A DNA stretch of 64,000 nt from an uncultured Leptolinea sp. (GCA_964420995.1 CAYQUX010000019.1:16323-80322), one strand, 5' to 3'; counted from the stretch's first letter, positions 25,583 to 35,603 are shown. The notes: generated by a model from the sequence alone, not told the origin. Program-made: numbers and translations.

Positions 25583-28312
25583 GTGACTTCGTCGATCTTC
25601 TGCAGTCAATCTCATTTAATGCTTGATGCCTCCATATGCCCGGTTTGCGGTTGGGTGCGCCCGACCTCCGGTTCCGCCGGAAAACCGTTGTGGGGACCTC
25701 TATCGCTGAATGCTGAGCTTGGCGCTCCCGGCAGAGGTAGCTACATCTCGATGGAAGCTTCTGGTGATATTTTCCTAGTTCCCCTTGCAAACGGCGGATT
25801 GGCGGGTATACGCCAATCCGCCGGTATGGAACTGTGGCGCAAGACCTTTGAGCCGGGGTATCATATGCGCGGTCTCGCGTCAGACGGCGCCCGCGTTCTG
25901 GGAGCCCTGTGTGATGAACGCTCACTCATGGAAGCCGGCAATGGAAAACTGGTCTCCATCAATCCGGATACCGGTGAAATTCAGACCGTCTGGCAGGGTG
26001 ATTCCCACTCCATGAGTCTGCCGGTGATCTCAGGGGAATCTATTTTCCTCAGAAGTTCTTCCAATACGTTATTCGCGCTATCGCGAGATGCAACCCCGCG
26101 GGTAATCTGGCAAAAGAAGCTGCAATCGTGGCTTCCATTACCCCCTTTGGTGACGAATGGACTGGTAATTGTATGTGACGGCCAGGCCATGCAAAATTCC
26201 TTTTATCTTGCGGCTTATCGCGTGGATAACGGGCAGGAAGTCTGGCGGGAAACTGTCAGAGGCATCCTTGCCAATCCGCCGGTGGCAGTCAACCAAATGC
26301 TGGCTTATGGCGATAACCGGGATCACGGCATCACGGCCCGGGAAACAGCCAGTGGAAGACAACTCTGGCAAAAAGAGTTTAACCGGGTGTACAGCAATCA
26401 GGCGGCATACAACGGTGTGATTTATTTCGCAAACCGCGGGAACAATGATCCAACGGCTGTGGACCATTACCAGCTCACAGCGCTGCGTGCGGGTGACGGC
26501 GGTGAAGCCTGGCGGATCAACCTGCCGGTGCGCGCCAGCCGCGTTATTTTTCTTGAACCGAACCTTCTTCTACTGGGCAGCGATAAAGGCCATCTGCTGG
26601 CTGTTGACATAACCACCCGGCAAATCCTGTGGGATTATTCCCTGGGTTCCGAGAATGACCCTCTGCGTACAGATCTGCTGATATCGCAGGGTGTCATTAT
26701 GGCCGGCACCTACAGCGGTCAATTGACGGCCATCCGGGTTACCGAACCGGCAGCCCTCCCGGTGGACGCGGAAACCGCGCTGCGCGAAGGCCGCATCCGT
26801 GAAGGCGCCGAGGCGCTGGCCTTGCAGGGTGAGTACGAACGTTCTGCGCAGTTCTTTATTGACCCATTGGGAGAGCCCGAGAAAGCCATTGCCCTGTATG
26901 CGCATGGCGGTCTGCCCGGTAAAGCTGCCCGGCTGGCATTTGACCTTGGACAGCACGACCGGGCGTTGAAGTTTTACCGCGACGCGGGCGACCGGCAGGG
27001 TCAGGCTGTTTGTCTGGAAAAAATGGGCAGTGAACTGGAAGCGGCCGCTCTGTGGCTTGAACTGGGCGATGATCTGCGCGCCGCCGGATTGTTTGAAAAT
27101 GCTGGCGAACCGGTTAAAGCCTGGGAGATCTACCGCCGGCTGAATCGCGTAGATGATGCCAACCGCCTGGCGGAACACCTGCCCGCGGATTTGCGCTCCA
27201 TTGAAACATTGGAAAACAGCGGATTGTTTACCGAAGCCGCTCAACTGGCTTTGCGCGCCGGTCTATTTGAACGAGCCGTGCGGCTCTATCAAAAAGCCGG
27301 AGACACAGAGGGGGAATATTCCGCGCTGCGGGTTATGAACCGAAATGCTCCTGAAGAATGGAGCCTTACCCGCCAGATTGAAACCAGCCGTTCGCGGGGC
27401 TTGTTTGATGAAGAATCGGAAGCCTGGTCGCGGTTGAACAATCTGCTGGAATCTGCCGGACGAAAACCATTGGAGCATTTTGAGAACGCTGGAAACGCGT
27501 ATAGACGCGCCGCCCAACAGGCTGAAGTACGGGAAGGCGCGAACCACGAAAAGATGGCTAGGCTGTATGAAAATGCCGGTGAGTGGTTCGCCAAAGCGTA
27601 TCGGGATGCGGATTATCAAACCTGCCGCGAGAAGGTCATTTTGTACCGGAGACTTCCGGAAATCACCCTGACCGGCCGGGCGGAAAAGGAATTCAGGGAA
27701 ACTGAATTCAATGAAATTGAGCTGCGGATCACCAACATAGGCTCCGGCGTGGCCATTGATATTCATTTGAATTTTGATGAATCGCGCTTTGAGGTGGATT
27801 GCCCGTCTGCCGGGAGGCACATTGACCATTTGAACGCGGGTGATACGATCTGCGTGCGACCGTCCCTTTGCCCTCGCCCGGGTCAGCGCGGACTTGTTCC
27901 TTTCACTGTGAAATATTCCTGGGAAGACATTCGAAATAATCCTTACAGCGGCTCCGCAAACACCCAGGTTAATGTCAAACGTCTGGTTGAATCGGGCAGC
28001 GGCTCATCCGTACCGCAAACGGTGATCTACCAGGGCCCCGTGTATACCAGTCAGGGCGAGATGAATATTGCCGGCGATAAGATCGTCAATGGCAACGATG
28101 TGACAGGCGATTATCTGGATAACGGCGCGCAGAAAGGCGACCGGGTGGAGATCATACATGGCAGCAGCAGCACGCTCCGCGTCCGTTCAGATGACGAATC
28201 CGGCTCGAATACCAGGGAAACGCTTCCCTGCGTGAAGTGTTCGCTGCCTGTCTCTCAAACCGATAAATTTTGCACAGCCTGCGGCGCACCCAGCCCATGG
28301 AACAAGGATTGA
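25583..28312 (+). CDS. Zinc-ribbon / PQQ-like β-propeller / TPR-like / CARDB-like protein with a C-terminal zinc ribbon (paralog of 19879..21897)
   Basis: CPVCGW N-terminus. Propeller blades (TGEIQTVWQ, NGQEVWRE, SGRQLWQKEF, GGEAWRIN, TRQILWDY). Helical repeats. The CARDB-like motif IELRITNIGSGVAIDIHL. C-terminal CVKCS...CTACG. Confidence 0.65.
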   Translation: MTSSIFCSQSHLMLDASICPVCGWVRPTSGSAGKPLWGPLSLNAELGAPGRGSYISMEASGDIFLVPLANGGLAGIRQSAGMELWRKTFEPGYHMRGLASDGARVLGALCDERSLMEAGNGKLVSINPDTGEIQTVWQGDSHSMSLPVISGESIFLRSSSNTLFALSRDATPRVIWQKKLQSWLPLPPLVTNGLVIVCDGQAMQNSFYLAAYRVDNGQEVWRETVRGILANPPVAVNQMLAYGDNRDHGITARETASGRQLWQKEFNRVYSNQAAYNGVIYFANRGNNDPTAVDHYQLTALRAGDGGEAWRINLPVRASRVIFLEPNLLLLGSDKGHLLAVDITTRQILWDYSLGSENDPLRTDLLISQGVIMAGTYSGQLTAIRVTEPAALPVDAETALREGRIREGAEALALQGEYERSAQFFIDPLGEPEKAIALYAHGGLPGKAARLAFDLGQHDRALKFYRDAGDRQGQAVCLEKMGSELEAAALWLELGDDLRAAGLFENAGEPVKAWEIYRRLNRVDDANRLAEHLPADLRSIETLENSGLFTEAAQLALRAGLFERAVRLYQKAGDTEGEYSALRVMNRNAPEEWSLTRQIETSRSRGLFDEESEAWSRLNNLLESAGRKPLEHFENAGNAYRRAAQQAEVREGANHEKMARLYENAGEWFAKAYRDADYQTCREKVILYRRLPEITLTGRAEKEFRETEFNEIELRITNIGSGVAIDIHLNFDESRFEVDCPSAGRHIDHLNAGDTICVRPSLCPRPGQRGLVPFTVKYSWEDIRNNPYSGSANTQVNVKRLVESGSGSSVPQTVIYQGPVYTSQGEMNIAGDKIVNGNDVTGDYLDNGAQKGDRVEIIHGSSSTLRVRSDDESGSNTRETLPCVKCSLPVSQTDKFCTACGAPSPWNKD

Positions 28313-28318
28313 TCATTT

Positions 28319-29788
28319 ATGGAATCCAAAACAATCGGGCGGTATCAATTGGAAGAGTTTCTTGGTGAAGGGGCTTTTGCTGAAGTCTACAAAGCCACCG
28401 ACACCATGTTGAAACGTCCGGTAGCGTTGAAGCTGCTCAAGAGTTCGCTGCTGGCGGACCGGGAAGCCTTCAGCCGGTTTGTGCAGGAAGCTCAGGCAGC
28501 GGCCGGATTGACTCACCCGCACATTGCCTGGGCATGGGATTTGGGCGAGGCCGATGGACGCTGTTTTATAGCCATGCGTTTTATTGATGGGAAACCTCTT
28601 GACCGAATAATTAAAGAAAAAGGTGCGCTTCCCTGGGATGAGGCCTTGCGCATCGCGAGTGAAATTGGCGACGCGTTGCAGGCTGCGCATGACCGTGGAT
28701 TGGTTCATCGCGACGTAAAGCCGCAGAATATCATCATAAGCCCAACCGAAGGGGCGGTATTGACCGATTTCGGTCTTGTCAAGGCGGTTGAGGCTACTGG
28801 GTCACTCACACGCACCGGCGCGATGATCGGAACACCCCAATACATGGCTCCCGAAATTTGGGAAGGTAAACCAGCCAGCCCGGCTTCCGACCAGTACGCT
28901 CTTGCCTGCGTTTTGGTGGAGATGCTCAGCGGGCATAGTCCGTTTGAAGCACCCACACCGGTGGCGGTGATGAAGCGTGTCTTTGAGGGTCCACAATTTC
29001 CAAAAAATCTGGAAAGAAATGTTCCAACTGAAATATTGGAAATACTAATTAAAGTGTTATCTGCAAAACCTGAAAATCGATACCCATCAATTCGACAGTT
29101 TATTAAAGTATTTACGGAATCTGAGAAATCAAGATTCCAACCGTCAAATAATATCGCTTTTGACATAATGAAACCTGAATTGCAACCTGACGAGAACTAT
29201 AAAAAAGCGAATAAGTATTATAAATTGGGTGATAAGTTGCTATTGGCTGGCAGATACAACGAAGCCATAAAACAATACTCGGAAGCTATAAGACTGGACC
29301 CCCTGAATGTTGAGTATTTATATGCCAGAGGAGATTGTTTTAACCATGTTGGGGACTATGACTCTGCAATTATCGACCTTAATTTGGCGATCGAAATACT
29401 CCCGATTATTGCCGATTTATTTTTCTGCAGAGGTATAAGCTATAAGGCGAAAGGTAATTTCGAACAGGCCATTTCCGATTTTACCCGGGGGTTAAAAATA
29501 AACCCAAAAGACGATTCTGGTTATTGGATGCGTGGTAATTGTTTTATGCAATTAGATAAAAAAAATAGCCAAGATCCGTATAAAGGTTTGAATCCGGTTG
29601 CCGGATTTTACCAAAATAAACCGTATGTACTGGCCATTAGTGATTTCGATAAATCTATAAAATTATGCCAGAAGAAGGGTGAATATTACTGGGACCGAGG
29701 TCTGGCATATCATGCCAGTGGCAATAGAACTGAAGCTGAAGAAAATTTCAGAAAAGCAAAAATACTTGGATACAAGCCAGAACAATAA
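28319..29788 (+). CDS. Ser/Thr protein kinase with C-terminal TPR repeats
   Basis: Hanks motifs (GEGAFAEVYKA, HRDVKPQNII, DFG, APE). The C-terminus has TPR units (AIKQYSEAIRLDPLNVEYLYARGDCF...). Confidence 0.85.
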   Translation: MESKTIGRYQLEEFLGEGAFAEVYKATDTMLKRPVALKLLKSSLLADREAFSRFVQEAQAAAGLTHPHIAWAWDLGEADGRCFIAMRFIDGKPLDRIIKEKGALPWDEALRIASEIGDALQAAHDRGLVHRDVKPQNIIISPTEGAVLTDFGLVKAVEATGSLTRTGAMIGTPQYMAPEIWEGKPASPASDQYALACVLVEMLSGHSPFEAPTPVAVMKRVFEGPQFPKNLERNVPTEILEILIKVLSAKPENRYPSIRQFIKVFTESEKSRFQPSNNIAFDIMKPELQPDENYKKANKYYKLGDKLLLAGRYNEAIKQYSEAIRLDPLNVEYLYARGDCFNHVGDYDSAIIDLNLAIEILPIIADLFFCRGISYKAKGNFEQAISDFTRGLKINPKDDSGYWMRGNCFMQLDKKNSQDPYKGLNPVAGFYQNKPYVLAISDFDKSIKLCQKKGEYYWDRGLAYHASGNRTEAEENFRKAKILGYKPEQ

Positions 29789-29823
29789 AATCTGACAGCA
29801 GATCAACAGCGCAGGAAAATTAA

Positions 29824-31170
29824 ATGAATTCACTCGACGAACAAAAAAATGCCTTTGAGCAAAAACTTCAAAATGTGCGCGACAGCCATAAAGAGAACCT
29901 GGATAATGACCTGGCTGCCATGCGCGCCCGGCTGATCAAGGAAACGCCGAAGGTTGATTCCATCCCTGAAAAGGTCCTGCGCTGGCTGTCATCGCTGGAT
30001 GTTTCCCGAGCGCCGGCCGCGACAGCCGGACAGCCGGTATCCGCGCGACTGGAAATGGGCGGCAGCACCCCGTTGCGTGAAGTGGATGAGTTCTTCCAGA
30101 AGGAATTTCAGACCTTCACATACCTGTCTTCCAGCCTGATGGCCTACCCGACGGTGTTCTGCGAAACACTGGAAGAATTCTTCGGTGTGCTCATTAAAGA
30201 TATGAACGTTTCCCCCATTGCCCGTCAAACGGAATTGAACCGCATGATCGCCGAGGCACGCGAGACGGCGGAGAAAACCAACGGGGGCGGCATTTTCGGT
30301 GTCAACCTGCCGGGGCAGGGCTGCTACCTCAACGGCTGGTTGTTTGCGTATGGAAGCGGACTTCCACCGGCGCAGGTCAAGGACAATGCGGAATATCTGC
30401 CACACATTCTAATGACCGCCGCGCATGAGAAGCTGGGGCATGGTTTCCTGGCGGAATGCAGCGCGCTGGGAGAGGCCAAATCACGTCTCGGTTTGACGTT
30501 GGTGGATGTGGCGCAGCGCTTCGGTATGCGCGCCGCGGACGATCCCCTGTCCAGTCTGCGCCAGCAGCAGAACAACCTGATCTTCTCCGCGTCACAGTTG
30601 TTGGAAGAAGGTTGGGCCACCTGGGTGGAAAGTTACCTGGGCAGCCGCCTGTGGCAGAAATCCCACCCGCACCATTCGGGTGACGCTTTGGTCAAGGCCT
30701 GCCAGAATCTGCCGACTGACCTCGAAAACCGCAATGAGATTCAGGAGACGTTATTGGCCGCTCTGGTCTTTCTGTTGGGAAACGAACCGGCTGATGTGTA
30801 CCGCCTGCTCTGGGCGGTGAATGTGATCAACACGCTGGGAGCGGAACTGGATGATTACTTCTTCGAAGCGGTTGGTCAACCTTTGCGCTACTGTGTGGGT
30901 GAATTAATGTACTGGCGCATTGAGGCCCAATTGGGCGCGCTTTGCGTGCCTTATGCCGGCCTGATCGCCGCCAATGTGTCCATCGATCCGGACAAGATCA
31001 GTTTGAGTGATTTGCAGACGGTAATGAACAACGATCCGCGTCTGCACCCCGATGCGCGATTGGCTGCCATCGCCCGGCTGAACTCCGACAAGAAAAATGA
31101 TGTTCCCGGTATGGCACGCCTGGTGGAACAACAACTCAGCTTTTCCGTCCCACCCCGGTTACTGCGTTAA
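29824..31170 (+). CDS. Hypothetical protein with an HExxH motif (HEKLGHGF); possible zinc metallopeptidase-like
   Basis: A single HExxH motif. I did not recognise a family. Confidence 0.4.
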   Translation: MNSLDEQKNAFEQKLQNVRDSHKENLDNDLAAMRARLIKETPKVDSIPEKVLRWLSSLDVSRAPAATAGQPVSARLEMGGSTPLREVDEFFQKEFQTFTYLSSSLMAYPTVFCETLEEFFGVLIKDMNVSPIARQTELNRMIAEARETAEKTNGGGIFGVNLPGQGCYLNGWLFAYGSGLPPAQVKDNAEYLPHILMTAAHEKLGHGFLAECSALGEAKSRLGLTLVDVAQRFGMRAADDPLSSLRQQQNNLIFSASQLLEEGWATWVESYLGSRLWQKSHPHHSGDALVKACQNLPTDLENRNEIQETLLAALVFLLGNEPADVYRLLWAVNVINTLGAELDDYFFEAVGQPLRYCVGELMYWRIEAQLGALCVPYAGLIAANVSIDPDKISLSDLQTVMNNDPRLHPDARLAAIARLNSDKKNDVPGMARLVEQQLSFSVPPRLLR

Positions 31171-31199
31171 CGAAACAACTTTATTAAAAGGAAGATAGC

Positions 31200-32801
31200 A
31201 TGGAAAATAATTCCTCTGCCAATAACAAAGTGCTGGACGCGGCTCGCGTGGTTCTTGTCCAGGAATTGTCGGGGTGGCTCTCTAAAACAATCGACGTTCC
31301 GCCTTCATTCAAAGGTGTCGTCATCCGTCCGGATGGAACGGCGGAGACCCTCAACCCGGGCAGGCACTCCCTTCTCTCGGCGGCCGATCGTCTGTCCGGT
31401 CAGGGTGCGGGGCTGAAAGTTGGACTGGTACCGGCGGAGCCATTCACCGCGCGGATCGCCACCCCGTATGTACTCAGCGGGGATGATGTGCTCATGGATG
31501 TCGAGGTGACTTTTCTGGTACGTGTGGTAGACGCCCCGCGTTACTTCAACCATCAGGTCATTCCGCAGGGTGAAATGAAAGCGGGTCAGGTTGACCTGAG
31601 CGGAGAGACCGTTCAGGTATCCGTTGCCCAATTGGTGCGCCGTTATGCCGCCGCCGATCTGATCCACGGATTGCCCACCTACGCCCTGGCCGATGGATTA
31701 CAGCAATGCCTGTCCGCGGCGCTGCATGATCAGGGTTTGCAGGTGGAAGGCGTCCAGATGATCGCCTTTTCCCGCTCGGATGACCGAGTCAAAGTGGCGG
31801 AAAAGGTCATGAAGCTGGAGCAGAGCCTTCAGGATATTGAATTGCAGAAGAAGATGGCGACTGTGGAATCGCAGGCGCAAATGGATGATTTCATCCACCA
31901 GATCGAACCGGATTTGAAGGATGCCATCGGGTTGCGGCCGATTGTCCAAGAAAAAACAGTCAACCAGGCAGAGAAACCGGTCGGAGTGAATCCTCTACAG
32001 GCCGTACAGGGTTGGATCCAGAACCAATCCAAAAAGACAGGCGCTGGTCTACCCTGGCGTTTGACTGATCTATTCCAGAAGAAAGACCCTGAACTTGCGA
32101 TGCACAAGACCTACCGTTCGCCGCGCAACTGGTGGGTACGCCGCACCATCTGGATCGCAGTCCTGTGGATATTCGGGATCGGAGTTACGTACTGGATGGT
32201 GACCGGATTGAAACAGGAAATGCGCGGTGATATTCTGTACGGGTTCCTTACCGGTTTCTGGCTTTTCCTGCTGCCGGCGATCTTCGGCGAGATCAAAAAA
32301 CTCATCGAAAAACGCGAAACGATCACCCAGGCGATCTGGAATCTGCCCAGCGCGACCTACCTGGAACAGGTGGTCGGGGGGGACAGGAAACGGGCAGACC
32401 GCCTGGTGCGCGAACAATGCACCATGGAATTGGAACGCAGCCACGGCATGCTGGAGGATATCGTCACCCGGTTGTACAATGCAGGCAACACGGATGAAGC
32501 ATTAAGTGTGCGGGATCTGCGCCATAAATTTGAAACTGCCCTGGAAAAACTGGCCCAATCTGATTTTGGCGTGCCGGCCTACCTGGGTGAGATCAAAGTC
32601 AGCAGCATGGCCTGGGACCGCATGTTGGATTATGATGACGGTCTGCTGGGTTACGCGGGCGCCATCAGCCAGCAGGTATACAACGCCCAGCAGGCTTTAA
32701 GTAAAGTAAACGGCCTGCCCGGCCGGCAAAGTATTGAACAGCGTCTGGATGATTTCCTTTACCGCTTTGGCGGGCGCTCTCAGGTATTGAAAAACCAGTA
32801 A
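31200..32801 (+). CDS. SPFH/band-7 domain membrane protein
   Basis: The N-terminal SPFH-like pattern (GVVIRPDGTAETLNPGRH ... VLMDVEVTFLVRVVDAPRYF ... GLQVEGVQMIAFSRSDDRVKVAE) is followed by a coiled coil and two TM helices. Confidence 0.5.
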   Translation: MENNSSANNKVLDAARVVLVQELSGWLSKTIDVPPSFKGVVIRPDGTAETLNPGRHSLLSAADRLSGQGAGLKVGLVPAEPFTARIATPYVLSGDDVLMDVEVTFLVRVVDAPRYFNHQVIPQGEMKAGQVDLSGETVQVSVAQLVRRYAAADLIHGLPTYALADGLQQCLSAALHDQGLQVEGVQMIAFSRSDDRVKVAEKVMKLEQSLQDIELQKKMATVESQAQMDDFIHQIEPDLKDAIGLRPIVQEKTVNQAEKPVGVNPLQAVQGWIQNQSKKTGAGLPWRLTDLFQKKDPELAMHKTYRSPRNWWVRRTIWIAVLWIFGIGVTYWMVTGLKQEMRGDILYGFLTGFWLFLLPAIFGEIKKLIEKRETITQAIWNLPSATYLEQVVGGDRKRADRLVREQCTMELERSHGMLEDIVTRLYNAGNTDEALSVRDLRHKFETALEKLAQSDFGVPAYLGEIKVSSMAWDRMLDYDDGLLGYAGAISQQVYNAQQALSKVNGLPGRQSIEQRLDDFLYRFGGRSQVLKNQ

Positions 32802-32824
32802 CAACCATACATCAGGAGGATAAA

Positions 32825-35098
32825 ATGGTCTTGAATATCTTCGCCAAGAAATGCCCGAAATGCGGTAAACCGGTAAAGAATGACGCCCGTTTTTGCGGTG
32901 AGTGCGGTCAACCCCTGGGGGGCGGAATAGTCAAATGCGCGGTGTGCAACACAGACAACAGCTCGGACGCGGCGTATTGCAAGAGCTGCGGCCGGCCGCT
33001 GGCTGAAAACTCTGTCGCTGAGATCCAGCGGCACCACTGGGCGCGAAAAGAGAACGATTTTGCCATCCGCATGGAATCCAATGACCTGCCTGGCCTGCTG
33101 CGAAAAGGTTTGATCATCGAGCCCGGGTTGAACGCTCTGCTTATTGAACGCGGCATCACCAAGGGGACCATCCCTTCGGGCACCTATATTCTCGAACGGC
33201 CGGAACAGAAACTGTGGGACTGGCTGACCACCGGCATACCGGAACGCGCCACCCTTTTATTGGTTGAAGTGACCCCCACCGAGTTGATCTTCAACCTGGG
33301 CGGGCGTTTCACCAGCGATCCGCTGCCCATCGGCATGAACATACGCATGCAGGTCGAAGTGGCCGAGCCGGGTAAATTCATCATCAACCTGCTCAAAGGC
33401 CGCGAACGGCTGACCAAGGAAGACCTGCGCGAGTACCTGTACCCCGAAGTTGTGGCCGCGGCTGACCAGTGGCTGCGCGGGCATTCCCTGAAGGAATTAG
33501 CCGAAAACCCGGCCGTGAAGAACCAGCTGGATATCGCCCTGGAAGAGACTATGAAAAAGACCTTCCAACAGGTTGGTCTGGTGTTCAAGAATATTCGCGC
33601 CGTTGAACTGAACCTGGAACCCTACGACAAGATCAAGGGTGTGCGCGGCAAAATCGCCCTGCTGAACATGTCTTCCAGCGTTGATCTCGAATACCGCAAG
33701 ATGGAAGCCTCCAGCGAATCCGAAGCCTGGAAGATCGAAGAACAGGTGAAGCTGCAGCGCGCGCAGGAAGAAGCCGATCTGCGCAAGAACTGGGGCGAGA
33801 TCCAGAAATCAAACATTCTCGAAGACCTGGCGGAAGAGACCCGCAAGGTGGAGAAGGAAGAATCGCGCGTTGAACTGTTCCAGCGCATGCGCACCGCGGT
33901 GATGAGCGACAAGATGAATGATGTTCGCTCGGAAGCCGATTTTGAAGAGTTTATGAATGAGGTTGACCAGCGCAAATTGCTGGGCCAGAAAGAACGCGAA
34001 GACCTGATCCGCGCCTGGAAGGACGAAGGCGAAGACCATGACCGCGCGCGCGCCAAAATGATCGCCCGCGCGGATGTGGAGCAGGAATACGAACTGCGCG
34101 CGCTGAAGGCCAAACTCTTGTTCGGTGAAGATGAAACCAGGGCAGACAGCGAAATCGCCATTGCCCGCAAGCGCGCTGATTTCTCCTTTGAAATGACCTT
34201 CCGGAATGCCGAACAGGAACTACAGCTTGCACAAAAACGCACGGAGATCGAACGGGCGCGCCAGCAGGCGGCGGAAGACCAGCGTATCCGCGAGATCGAG
34301 ATACGGCAAAAAGAACGGGCTGGCGAGATCAACGCCGACCAGGCTGAAGCCATGATGGGGCTGGAAGTATTAAAGTCAATGAAAGAAATTCACCGGCTTG
34401 ACGCGGAAGAACGGTTACGCGCGGAACGTGAAGATTTGTTGGAACGCGCGAAGGCCATGCATCTCATCGAAATTGAAAAAATGCAGGTTTCATCCACCAT
34501 TGAAATCGACCGCATCAACGCGCTGGCCGCCCTGGCCCCTGAAGCATTGATCTCCGTCTCCGGGCCGGAACAGGCGCGCCTGTTGGCCGACCTGAAGAAA
34601 ACGGAAGCTCTAAAGGGAATGAGTGAAGACCAGATTCTGGCTATGTCTGCCAAGGATTCCCCCGAACTGGCCAAAGCCTTCCAGGAAAAATTCGCGGCCA
34701 TTGCTGCCGGCAAAGCCAGCGAAGAGGTCAAAGCCATGTATGAGCGGCTGGTGGCGGATAAGGACGCGTACCTGCGGCAATCCCGTGAAGATGCCGAGAG
34801 ACACACGAAGGACGTCAGCGCGGCATGGGAACGGGCTGCCGACCAGTCCACGCATGCCATGGACACCATGGCGGACGTAGCCAAATCCTTCGCGCAGGGT
34901 TCGGGTTCAAGCCAGCCGCCGATCATCATCAACACACCATTCGGCGGTGGCGGGCCGACTGTGGTTTCAGGTCCGGGCAGCCAGCAGGGAACGCGGTCCA
35001 CATCGGAGACTAAAATGTGCCCGCAGTGCGGCCGCTTCGTCCCGGTGGATTCAAAACACTGCGAGCATTGCGGCAAGAAGTTTGACGGAATGGATTAG
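32825..35098 (+). CDS. Flotillin-like SPFH protein flanked by zinc ribbons, with a long E/A/R-rich coiled coil
   Basis: N-terminal double CxxC (CPKCG...CGECG; CAVCN...CKSCG). SPFH-like core (GTIPSGTYILERPEQ...LLLVEVTPTELIF...). A coiled coil of about 350 aa. C-terminal CPQCG...CEHCG. Confidence 0.6.
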   Translation: MVLNIFAKKCPKCGKPVKNDARFCGECGQPLGGGIVKCAVCNTDNSSDAAYCKSCGRPLAENSVAEIQRHHWARKENDFAIRMESNDLPGLLRKGLIIEPGLNALLIERGITKGTIPSGTYILERPEQKLWDWLTTGIPERATLLLVEVTPTELIFNLGGRFTSDPLPIGMNIRMQVEVAEPGKFIINLLKGRERLTKEDLREYLYPEVVAAADQWLRGHSLKELAENPAVKNQLDIALEETMKKTFQQVGLVFKNIRAVELNLEPYDKIKGVRGKIALLNMSSSVDLEYRKMEASSESEAWKIEEQVKLQRAQEEADLRKNWGEIQKSNILEDLAEETRKVEKEESRVELFQRMRTAVMSDKMNDVRSEADFEEFMNEVDQRKLLGQKEREDLIRAWKDEGEDHDRARAKMIARADVEQEYELRALKAKLLFGEDETRADSEIAIARKRADFSFEMTFRNAEQELQLAQKRTEIERARQQAAEDQRIREIEIRQKERAGEINADQAEAMMGLEVLKSMKEIHRLDAEERLRAEREDLLERAKAMHLIEIEKMQVSSTIEIDRINALAALAPEALISVSGPEQARLLADLKKTEALKGMSEDQILAMSAKDSPELAKAFQEKFAAIAAGKASEEVKAMYERLVADKDAYLRQSREDAERHTKDVSAAWERAADQSTHAMDTMADVAKSFAQGSGSSQPPIIINTPFGGGGPTVVSGPGSQQGTRSTSETKMCPQCGRFVPVDSKHCEHCGKKFDGMD

Positions 35099-35114
35099 TA
35101 AAAGAGGGGATGGA

Positions 35115-35537
35115 ATGACCATGAAATTCAAAAACAGCTTTGTTTTGATCAGCCTGATGCTGGCGCTGGGTTTCGCCGGACTGATCGGTGGGCAGGTATT
35201 CGCGCAGGATGCCACAACCACACCGGATACTTCAATCAGTGTTTTGGAGCAGACCAGCGGACCGGCGACGCAAGTCCCCACGGCCGAACCGACTCTAGCG
35301 GTTACAGAGTCCGCGCCGGCGACGGAAGTACCGTCAACTCCGGCTGCCCCAAAATCATACTGGACGCTGGCGTTGGGCATCGCCCTTCTGGGAGTTTTCC
35401 TGTACGCGTATGCCCGGCGCTGGTCGAACAAACCAAAGCCGGCGGCGGAACGCTGTGCGCGTTGCGGTTTTGACCTGACCGGCAAGGCAGGTCCCTGCCC
35501 GCAATGCGGAAGCACGAGGCGTCTGCCGAAGGTGTAA
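35115..35537 (+). CDS. Small secreted/TM protein with a C-terminal zinc ribbon
   Basis: AGAGGGG RBS and the ATG at 35115. It has a signal/TM, a Thr/Pro-rich segment, a second TM, and CARCG...CPQCG. Confidence 0.55.
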   Translation: MTMKFKNSFVLISLMLALGFAGLIGGQVFAQDATTTPDTSISVLEQTSGPATQVPTAEPTLAVTESAPATEVPSTPAAPKSYWTLALGIALLGVFLYAYARRWSNKPKPAAERCARCGFDLTGKAGPCPQCGSTRRLPKV

Positions 35538-35566
35538 GGCTTCCAAAATTTGTCTAGTCCTGACTG

Positions 35567-35603
35567 CTTCCCCATAGGTTTGTCACTATGGGGAAGTACT
35601 TTT
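35567..35603 (+). terminator. Rho-independent terminator closing the 22.2-35.5 kb operon
   Basis: CTTCCCCATAG-loop-CTATGGGGAAG followed by TACTTTTGT. Confidence 0.5.

Noticed and set aside
26570-27244. 224-aa minus-strand ORF inside the propeller/TPR gene
   Set aside because: Shadow ORF. The sense strand encodes conserved propeller and helical repeats.
33622-35076. 243-aa and 228-aa Ser/Arg/Ala-rich minus-strand ORFs
   Set aside because: Antisense to the flotillin-like coiled-coil region. They are compositional artefacts.
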